Shown here piece by piece: positions 57,039 to 64,000 of a DNA stretch of 64,000 nt. This DNA is from Pseudomonadota bacterium (lineage in GTDB: Bacteria; Pseudomonadota; Gammaproteobacteria; Burkholderiales; Burkholderiaceae_C). The stretch lies in the NCBI GenBank assembly GCA_040384825.1, contig JAZKIO010000060.1, forward strand, positions 3,559 through 67,558, given 5' to 3'. The notes beneath the pieces are model-generated. The model was not told where the DNA came from. It saw only the letters and a list, made by a program, of their open reading frames with translations, and did no database searches. Each line of letters opens with the position of its first letter. Positions within the stretch are counted from its first letter, which is position 1. Made by a program: the position numbers and the translations under genes.

Positions 57039-57601
57039 AGCGTGCTGAGGGGCGCCGGCTGCGTGAGCGTCGCATGGCGTGTGACATTCGACACTGACAG
57101 ACTGAGCTTGGCGCTGGCCAGTCGGAGGGCGCTGAGTTCCGATGCGGTCCATCGGCGGATGTCGCCAAGCTGCGTGCACGCGAGCGTCCCGAACGTCTCT
57201 CCGTTCACCGAAAGCGGAACTCCCAAAAGGCTTTTCACCGAGCTTGCTCGCTGTAGAAAGAGTGCCGACGTAATTGGATTGGCTTGTACGTCTTCGGCCA
57301 CGATATGTCCCGAGAGTTTCAGAGAGCGGAAGTAGTCCGTCACCGCGCCGCCGACTTCGTCCGGCACACGAACGGATTCACCACGACCGCGGTCGTGCAT
57401 GGCGATGCATCGCAGTCGACGTCCGTGCGCTGACTCCTCGAACACCCACAGTGCTGCGCGAGAGCAGGGTATGTGGTCCGTGGTGAGGCGAACGATTGAA
57501 AGCAAGAACGGGGGGAGTGGCATGTCCCCGCGTTCGAGACGGGCGCACAGGTCCCCTATTGCGTGAACGAAGGTCATCAAGAAACTGTAGGGCCAAACCA
57601 T
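57035..57601 (-). CDS. Stand-alone GAF-domain protein (start may be 57577)
   Basis: CSRAALW, DYFRSL..IVAEDV, VKSLLGVPL..GTLACTQ..RRWT. Confidence 0.75.
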   Translation of the reverse strand: MVWPYSFLMTFVHAIGDLCARLERGDMPLPPFLLSIVRLTTDHIPCSRAALWVFEESAHGRRLRCIAMHDRGRGESVRVPDEVGGAVTDYFRSLKLSGHIVAEDVQANPITSALFLQRASSVKSLLGVPLSVNGETFGTLACTQLGDIRRWTASELSALRLASAKLSLSVSNVTRHATLTQPAPLSTL

Positions 57602-57762
57602 ATGACCGAAGGGTCGAGTAGAGCGCGAATCCCCGGCTGTTCCTCGGATTGATGCCTCCAGCTAGGACGCAGACATTTGTCTGCTTGGCACGTCGATGTG
57701 GGACTGCGCCTGCAGCCGTGCGAGGAGCTCTCCTTCGCGGTCCAGCCCCCTTCGATAGCACG

Positions 57763-57978
57763 ATGGACTCTCCAAACAGTCATCGCTGCACCCGCATGGA
57801 CCATCGCACTAGCATTGAAACCTCGCACCAGCGAGAACGGGTTGACCTCGACGAACCACGCGACCTAGAGAAGTGGTCGCAGGCTTTCGGAGTCTCCGTG
57901 CCAGAACTGATATCAGCGATTTCGGCGGTTGGCGACCGCGCAAGCCGCGTGCAGTCGTATCTGCAGGCACTCAGGTAA
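57763..57978 (+). CDS. DUF3606 family small protein
   Basis: RVDLDEPRDLEKWSQAFGVSVPELISAISAVG...V pattern. Confidence 0.75.
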   Translation: MDSPNSHRCTRMDHRTSIETSHQRERVDLDEPRDLEKWSQAFGVSVPELISAISAVGDRASRVQSYLQALR

Positions 57979-58088
57979 CGAGGCGGGCCGGGGATTTGTC
58001 GTGTGCCCAGACATCCCGAAGGCACCAGCGCTCTGGTCCACATGTCGCGTCGCGCGAGCGACTGTCTTTGGTCGCAGACCAGCGAAGG

Positions 58089-58499
58089 TCAGCGACCCAG
58101 ACGCCCGCTCAGCGGGTCGACTCCGAATACGAACTTCTGTTCTGCCACGAAGGTGAGACCGCCGGCGCACGTGTACTGCTTCATTGCGTCAATCACCGGC
58201 TGCCGGTAGGCCACTGGACCCGACAAGATTTTGACAGAGCGAATCTCGCCGTCGACGAAGTGAGCTCGCGCCCTTACCGTCGCCGGCTTGCCCGGGCGCA
58301 TCAAATCTGGATTCAGGTCAGGCGAGACCATCTCACATGTCTTGCCCTTGAAGCCAGGGGCTGCGTGAATCGGGCGACGGTCACCAGGGGATGACGAGGT
58401 GGCGCAGGCGGATAGCAAGAGCAGCGCGGCCAAACTCGTGGAAGCCTTCCGAGCCGGCAGTGCGCACATTGCCTTCTTCAAGTTGAAAAGAAAGGCCAT
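58089..58499 (-). CDS. Small lipoprotein, TonB-C-like
   Basis: Lipobox LSAC; V.IL.GP..YRQPVIDAMKQY.C...EQKFVF. Confidence 0.55.
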   Translation of the reverse strand: MAFLFNLKKAMCALPARKASTSLAALLLLSACATSSSPGDRRPIHAAPGFKGKTCEMVSPDLNPDLMRPGKPATVRARAHFVDGEIRSVKILSGPVAYRQPVIDAMKQYTCAGGLTFVAEQKFVFGVDPLSGRLGR

Positions 58500-58524
58500 C
58501 GTCGTTGCCCCGGGCGAACTCCGC

Positions 58525-59610
58525 TTACTTCAGCGCGGCTTTCAAGCTCTTGCCAGCCAGCGCCTGCGCTTGCTTTGCCTCGGGAACTACTGCCGCCATC
58601 CCGAAGAACTCGTGAGTGGTGCCGGCGTACACCTTGTGCTCTACCTTCACGCCAGCCTTCTTCAATGCGGCCTCCAACAAATCCGAGTCGCTGCGAAGGG
58701 GGTCAATCTGTGCGTTGATGAGTGTCACGGGCGGCAGACCCTTAAGGTCGGCATTCACCAAGTCAATGCGCGGGTCCTTCTTGTCGGCGTCGCTGCGCAG
58801 GGCATGCTTTGCGAACCACTCCATCATCGGCTTGTTCAGGGGTTTGGCGGTGGCACTGTCGACGTATGACGGCGTCGAGAGGTCGGTGGCTTGAGCAATG
58901 GGATACACCGAGACGATGTGCATTGGCTTCGTTAGGTTCTGGTCCCGCGCGGCCATGGCCGTTGCGATAGCCAGGTTGCCGCCCGCGCTTTCGCCAGCAA
59001 GTGCCATGCGCTTCGGGTCGCCATTAAAGCTTGCCGCGTTTTGTGCGGCCCATTTATACGTAGCCAGCGCGTCATCGTGCTGCGCGGGGAATTTGGCTTC
59101 GGGCGCAAGTCGATAGTCAACTGAGACAACGATGGCGTTGGACTGCTTGGCGAGACCGCGCGCGCCTCCGTCGTAGACGTCTTTGTCGGCAATCACCCAG
59201 CCTCCGCCGTGGTAATAGACCACGATGGGGAACGGGCCGGTGCCCTGGGGGGTGTAGATGCGAACTGGAAGCTGTCCGGCCGGACCTGCAATCTCAATGT
59301 CTTTGCTGGTCACACCGGGCACGAGCGCGGTGGGGCTGGAGTCTATGCCGCGCTTCTTCAATACGGCCATCACGGCATCAGTCGGCGTCGGCTGCTTGCG
59401 CGCATCAGCGGGCTCCAACGTTTCGATGGGCTTTCCGTTCAGGGCGCCCAGGGTGTCGAGCACTTCCTGCATGTCGCGGCCGGCTTTGTACTTGGTACCG
59501 GTCGCCGTCTTAGCGTTATCGGCGGCTTGCACACGTGAAACGAGGGCTGAAGCTGCAAGCGCCACTGCGCCAAGGAGAAACAAGGAACGGAGAGCGCGTG
59601 CAACGGACAT
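58525..59610 (-). CDS. Exported HSL-family alpha/beta hydrolase (esterase/lipase)
   Basis: Signal peptide, YYHGGGW, GESAGG, IDPL, THEFF. Confidence 0.92.
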   Translation of the reverse strand: MSVARALRSLFLLGAVALAASALVSRVQAADNAKTATGTKYKAGRDMQEVLDTLGALNGKPIETLEPADARKQPTPTDAVMAVLKKRGIDSSPTALVPGVTSKDIEIAGPAGQLPVRIYTPQGTGPFPIVVYYHGGGWVIADKDVYDGGARGLAKQSNAIVVSVDYRLAPEAKFPAQHDDALATYKWAAQNAASFNGDPKRMALAGESAGGNLAIATAMAARDQNLTKPMHIVSVYPIAQATDLSTPSYVDSATAKPLNKPMMEWFAKHALRSDADKKDPRIDLVNADLKGLPPVTLINAQIDPLRSDSDLLEAALKKAGVKVEHKVYAGTTHEFFGMAAVVPEAKQAQALAGKSLKAALK

Positions 59611-59743
59611 GTTGAGACCCTAGCTATTGAAAGTGGGTCCAGCATGGGCGCATGTTCTGCACGCACCGACAGGAGAGGGTGTCGCATGTGCGTCGGACAG
59701 AGGCGCGCGAATGCCAATCAGCCTTTAGCACGAGGAGAACCCT

Positions 59744-59965
59744 TCAGTGGGCCTCTGGTGTGGCAGGCCAGCTGAGCTCGCCCCTTATGGTCGACTCGAC
59801 GGCCGCGAAAGGTTCACCTGCACCAAGTCGCTCGAATGCGACAGCGGCCGCTTTCCGTGCATGCGCCGAATCGCACCGCGTTTCGAACTTGAACAAGCTA
59901 GCGAAGAGCGTGCACCACACCAGCTTTCGCTGGTCCGGCGCCGATGAGGTCGTGGCCGAGTTCAT
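59744..59965 (-). CDS. Possible small hypothetical protein
   Basis: 73-aa ORF in an otherwise empty intergenic gap; no recognisable motif. Confidence 0.3.
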   Translation of the reverse strand: MNSATTSSAPDQRKLVWCTLFASLFKFETRCDSAHARKAAAVAFERLGAGEPFAAVESTIRGELSWPATPEAH

Positions 59966-60165
59966 GGGAATAATTTACCAAATCGAACGGTGGGCGACAC
60001 GAGTTATGGCCCGCATTCCTACGTAAGAGGATTCCTACAGGGGCCGGCCGAGATTGGGGTCTACCGCGGCAGCGCAGCGAGAGGAAGCCTTAGGCACTCG
60101 ATAGCAGCCGGAGACCGATTCCGGCGAGATTCGAGGTCCTGCAATAAGATGCGCACCGGGCATCA

Positions 60166-62700
60166 TTGCCTGGACAACGCTGGACCCTGATGACGGTTGG
60201 TCGACGGTTGTCACAATCCATCTTGTACGGTCTTTTGACCGGCTCCGCAGCGGTGCTTGCGAGGGCATCGTTACAGTCCCTGCTCGGCGACCAGATGCCG
60301 TTCATGGTTGCCTTCCCGGCGACTGTTCTGGCTTCGGTTCTTTGGGGCACTTCGGCAGGCCTCATCACGGCGTCTATGTGCGCCGTCGCAGTGGCGATGC
60401 CTGGCGTCCCACCTGATTTGCCACTGCTCAGCGTCCCGCTTCAAGTCGGCGGCTTCCTAGTTGGGAGTGTTGTCATTGCGGTCCTGTGCGGACAACTGAG
60501 TCGCCAACGAAGCTTCGAGTTCGCAGATGGTGCGGGACGATTGGAGAGCCCCCTGACCAATTGGCTCCGAGCGGTTCTGTGGGGCGCGTTCCTGATACCC
60601 CTGACTCTGTTTGTGCTGCTGTCGTGGTGGGGGTACCAACGGGCGGAGAGGGAAGCGTTTGCGACCGTAAATAACGCCAGCGAGCTGGCGCTGGCTCACG
60701 CCAAGCGGACCTTCGACATCACTCTCGACATCGCCAAGCGAGCAGACGTTATTACAGCGGGCGACGATGAATCAGTGAAAGCACGCGAGGCCGAGATTCA
60801 TCAGCGATTCGCAGACATGACCGCCGGCCTTCCGTCCGTGGTCAACCTGAACGTCTGGGATGCCAACGGTCAGCCGCTAGCACGCAGTGACATCTTTCCA
60901 GTCAATTCGGCCAACAACGTATCCGACAGGGCCTACTTCCAGGAGCAGCGCGGGGGTTACAAGGGAATGGGAATCAGCGAAGTCATCACCGGACGGCAAA
61001 CCGGTCTGGAGTTGACCAATGCCACGCTTGCACGCACGTCACCCGACGCCAGCTTTCGCGGCGTGGTCGCAGTCTCGATTGCGCCCCAATACTTCAGGGA
61101 TTACTACCAGTCCTTGGCAAAGGAGCAGCCCAACCTTGCCGCTTTTTCGCTGATTAGGAGTGATGGCGAGCTCATCGCTCGTTGGCCGTTATTGGCCGAC
61201 GGCCAAAGGCGGGTGCGCTCCAGCGGCGTCATCTTGAGCGCCGTGGCAGCTAACGAGAAGAGTGGTGTCGTAGAGCTCCCGGCCACCGCTAAAGAGGAGG
61301 CTCGGCTCATCAGTTACAGGCGCGTCGAGGGCTACCCTCTGTACGTCGTTTCAGGCGTCAGCCGTGATGCCGTTTTTGCTAACTGGGGACGCTTCGTTGC
61401 ATTGCTTGCGGGCATTCTTGTCCCGACGAGTGCCGGGCTGGTGTTCGTGTCTTGGGTCGCTCTCAAGCGCACGCAGCGCGAGGCCGCCATTGCCATCGAA
61501 CTTCGCGAAGAAGTCAGACGTCGGGGAGAAGCGGAACAAGCCGCCTTGCACTCGCAAAAGAACGAGACCCTTGCAGCGGTCACAGGCGGCGTCGCCCACG
61601 ACTTCAACAACTTGCTTGCCATCATCAGCACGAGCTTGCACCTTCTGAAGCGGAAGCATCCGGAACTGCAGTCGGGAAAGCAACTCGAAGCGATGAGCCG
61701 TGCGGTGCAAACTGGAATGCGGCTCACGCGTCAGCTGTTGTCGTTCACAAGAAAGCAGGCCCTTAGACCTGAGCCAATTGAACTTCAAACCTGGCTTCCG
61801 TCGGCCGAAGGACTCATCCGCGCGACGCTCGGCGACGCAATCTCGTGGACCGTCAAGGTCGAGCCCGATACAGCGAGCATTCATGTCGACACGGGAGAAC
61901 TGGAACTTGCGCTTATTAACCTGGTGGTCAATGCTCGGCACGCCATGCCTGACGGCGGGTCCGTGCACATCCTTGCTTCGAATGAGTCGCTGGGTGGCAA
62001 ATCGCAGATGGTCGCGATTCGCGTCCGGGACAGCGGCGTAGGCATCGCTCCAGAACTGCTGCCCAAGGTTTTCGAGCCATTCTTCTCAACGCGGGCTAAG
62101 GGCATAGGTTCGGGCTTAGGGCTCAGCCAAGTGCAGGGGTTTTGTGCCCAGGCAGGTGGCGGCGTCGAAATCGAGAGTGTGGTCGGAGAGGGCACCACGG
62201 TATGCATGTATCTGCCTGCCAGGGCAACACCGAACGGGGTTTCAGTTGCGGACCGTACCCAGTTCGAAAGCTCATCCGAGCCCAGCGGCAAATCGGAGGT
62301 CGAGGAAGTCTCATCGGCCATCCCAGCCGGTCAAGCGCTGCTGCTTGTGGAAGACAACGAAGACCTGGCAACGACTACAGAGATGATGCTCAAAGCAAAT
62401 GGTTTTGAGGTGGTGCGGAAGGCGAACGCAGACGAGGCGCTTTATCACTTGAAAGGAGATGCCGCACTTCCAGAGGCGGTAATCAGCGACATCGCCATGC
62501 CCGGCTCGATGGACGGCATCAGGCTCGCGTTCACCTTGCAGGACAAGTACCCCGGGCTGCCGGTGCTCTTGACGACTGGATTTGCCGAGCATCTCAACGA
62601 GGCCGTATTGGGAGGCCTGAAGGTGCTGGCGAAGCCCGTCGAACCTGAAATCTTGCTCAGCGAACTCGGCAAGGCGATTGCTGCCAGGAGGCCGTCTTAA
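60166..62700 (+). CDS. Hybrid membrane sensor kinase (DUF4118-like TM, Cache, HisKA, HATPase, REC)
   Basis: PFMVAFPAT TM bundle, VSDRAYF Cache, VAHDFNNLL, NLVVNA, GSGLGL, VISDIAMPG. Confidence 0.9.
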   Translation: MPGQRWTLMTVGRRLSQSILYGLLTGSAAVLARASLQSLLGDQMPFMVAFPATVLASVLWGTSAGLITASMCAVAVAMPGVPPDLPLLSVPLQVGGFLVGSVVIAVLCGQLSRQRSFEFADGAGRLESPLTNWLRAVLWGAFLIPLTLFVLLSWWGYQRAEREAFATVNNASELALAHAKRTFDITLDIAKRADVITAGDDESVKAREAEIHQRFADMTAGLPSVVNLNVWDANGQPLARSDIFPVNSANNVSDRAYFQEQRGGYKGMGISEVITGRQTGLELTNATLARTSPDASFRGVVAVSIAPQYFRDYYQSLAKEQPNLAAFSLIRSDGELIARWPLLADGQRRVRSSGVILSAVAANEKSGVVELPATAKEEARLISYRRVEGYPLYVVSGVSRDAVFANWGRFVALLAGILVPTSAGLVFVSWVALKRTQREAAIAIELREEVRRRGEAEQAALHSQKNETLAAVTGGVAHDFNNLLAIISTSLHLLKRKHPELQSGKQLEAMSRAVQTGMRLTRQLLSFTRKQALRPEPIELQTWLPSAEGLIRATLGDAISWTVKVEPDTASIHVDTGELELALINLVVNARHAMPDGGSVHILASNESLGGKSQMVAIRVRDSGVGIAPELLPKVFEPFFSTRAKGIGSGLGLSQVQGFCAQAGGGVEIESVVGEGTTVCMYLPARATPNGVSVADRTQFESSSEPSGKSEVEEVSSAIPAGQALLLVEDNEDLATTTEMMLKANGFEVVRKANADEALYHLKGDAALPEAVISDIAMPGSMDGIRLAFTLQDKYPGLPVLLTTGFAEHLNEAVLGGLKVLAKPVEPEILLSELGKAIAARRPS

Positions 62701-63065
62701 TCGAAGTGCGGTCTGACCGGGAGCCGCACTCATAGGGTGGCTCTTTCTTCGCGAGGAAATCGCTTTGCGGTTACTCGACTGCGCTGGACGCGCGACGGGC
62801 CGGCGGTTCCAACGAGAACCTGTTCTTGCGATGACCGCCCGGTCCGGGGATGGCGATTACCGGGGCGATTGCTACACTGAGAGTGCGCGTGTCTTGACGG
62901 TGTACGGAGACTCTGGTTCTCTGACACTTTTCTGGCACGTGCGACGGGAATCGAGTGCGAATCGCTGCGTTTGACTGCGCGCAAGTGCGGAAGACGGAGC
63001 GCTAAGTGCTTGATTTTGTTAGTTGTTGCGTGAGGAATACGTAACGCTGCGCACGCGGATGACCC

Positions 63066-63110
63066 TTGAAAATCCGCGTGTCGGTGGTTCGATTCCGCCC
63101 CAGGCCACCA
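63066..63110 (+). repeat. attR core (duplicated tRNA-Phe 3' half)
   Basis: Exact 45-bp copy of 27108-27152. Confidence 0.95.
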
Positions 63111-63185
63111 CTTGCTTATGCGGTGGCGCCCAACTCTCACATGAAGCCCGCCTCCCTCTGGACGCGGACTTTGTCTTTTGCGGCA

Positions 63186-63257
63186 TACAGCCTCGAGACT
63201 GTTTGTTGAATTTACAGCCCCTGATGCGTAGAATGTGAAAACATATCAGAGACTGTA
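63186..63257 (+). promoter_or_regulatory. hipBA promoter with three TACAG-N8-CTGTA-like operators
   Basis: Boxes start at 63186, 63213 and 63240 (27-bp period). -35 TTGAAT at 63206-63211 and -10 TAGAAT at 63229-63234 with a 17-bp spacer. Confidence 0.65.
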
Positions 63258-63277
63258 TTCTCAACTCGGGCCACCGC

Positions 63278-63559
63278 ATGTCTGACTTCGCCGTCCGAAC
63301 TGCCGATCAGCTGCCGCCGCTGCTTCAGGCTTTCCGAAAGCAAGCCGGCTTCACACAGAGCGAGGTCGCATCGCGTCTGGGCGTCTCGCAACAGACCTAC
63401 TCCGCGATGGAGCGGAACGCTGACAAGGTGGGCGCCGCGCGATTGTTGAAGCTGCTCAACATCCTGGGCGTAGAGCTCACCCTCGGAGTGCGCTCGCCAG
63501 AGCCCACGCCGAAAGCCGGCTCATCTGGCCATCCTTCCACCGACAAGCCCGTCTGGTAA
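63278..63559 (+). CDS. hipB: HipB-like XRE antitoxin
   Basis: LQAFRKQAGFTQSEVASRLGVSQQTYSAME HTH, directly upstream of a HipA-like gene. Confidence 0.85.
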   Translation: MSDFAVRTADQLPPLLQAFRKQAGFTQSEVASRLGVSQQTYSAMERNADKVGAARLLKLLNILGVELTLGVRSPEPTPKAGSSGHPSTDKPVW

Positions 63560-63562
63560 GCC

Positions 63563-64000
63563 ATGGGGCGCCAGTCTCACGCTCGCACGCTGGGTCTCTG
63601 GATGAACGGGGACCGCGTCGGCACCTGGAGCCGGGCGCCGAACGCCCCGGAATCTCTCCAGTACGACCAGGCTTGGACCCAATCCGCTCAAGGCCGGGCG
63701 CTGTCCCTTTCCTTGCCCTTCACGCCCGGCAACCCGCCGCATCGCGGGGACAAGGTCCGCGCGTACTTCGAAAACCTGCTGCCGGACAGCAAGGACATTC
63801 GCGCCCGTCTGGCGCGGCGCTTCAGTACTGGGTCGACCGGCGCGTTCGAGTTGCTTGCCGAAATCGGGAGGGACTGTGTCGGCGCACTGGAGATACTCCC
63901 CGAGGACGCGACCTCTGCCGGCACCCCACGGCTGCAGTTCGAGCCCGTGAGCGAAGCGCAGGTCGCGCAGATCCTGCGCGGCACGACGAGCCCGACCGCC
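63563..64000 (+). CDS. hipA: HipA-like toxin kinase, N-terminal part (3'-truncated by window)
   Basis: ATG 63563 reads LGLWMNGDRVG..LQYDQAW..LSLSLP..FENLLPDS..FELLAEIGRDCVGA. Not listed in the ORF track because it lacks a stop. Confidence 0.88.
   Translation, partial: MGRQSHARTLGLWMNGDRVGTWSRAPNAPESLQYDQAWTQSAQGRALSLSLPFTPGNPPHRGDKVRAYFENLLPDSKDIRARLARRFSTGSTGAFELLAEIGRDCVGALEILPEDATSAGTPRLQFEPVSEAQVAQILRGTTSPTA

Larger units (their letters stand above)
27108..63110. mobile_element. tRNA-Phe-integrated genomic island (~36 kb)
   Basis: Identical 45-bp direct repeats at both ends, tyrosine integrase next to attL, abrupt drop in GC/codon bias, defence and signalling cargo. Confidence 0.95.

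Noticed and set aside
63066-63110. Second tRNA-Phe gene
   Set aside because: Only the 3' 45 nt are present, with no D-arm or 5' acceptor strand; it is attR.
27108-63110. Prophage or ICE
   Set aside because: No terminase, capsid, tail, relaxase or T4SS genes recognised.

Overview
Bases 1-27152 are very GC-rich core chromosome of a Burkholderiales-type betaproteobacterium (inferred from gene content and order). Genes there: polyamine aminopropyltransferase plus flavin oxidoreductase, a diguanylate cyclase, pepP, an aldo-keto reductase, yqjDEK-like genes, murU, speD, tkt, gap, a GlyGly-CTERM subtilase, birA, a SET-domain gene divergent from topB, folE-BLUF, rsmB-DUF4390-ntrYX and tRNA-Phe(GAA). 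A ~36 kb, visibly lower-GC genomic island is integrated in the tRNA-Phe 3' end and bounded by an exact 45-bp direct repeat (27108-27152 and 63066-63110). Its left arm carries an integrase, an AlpA-like excisionase and a primase-type Rep. Next comes a five-gene DISARM-like operon of non-canonical make-up: an amino-methyltransferase, a 917-aa protein lacking an SNF2 signature, then DrmA-, DrmB- and DrmC-like genes. It is followed by a second large tyrosine recombinase and an unusual TPR-like/GGDEF/degenerate-sirtuin/OGFr-like fusion protein. Three adjacent putative nuclease genes and signalling/secreted cargo fill the right arm. A hipBA-like toxin-antitoxin locus starts just beyond attR and runs off the window. 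Best novelty candidates: the hybrid DISARM-like operon, the GGDEF-sirtuin-OGFr fusion, and a perfect 51-nt alternating purine-pyrimidine tract upstream of topB. Family assignments come from motif recognition by eye; no database search was run.
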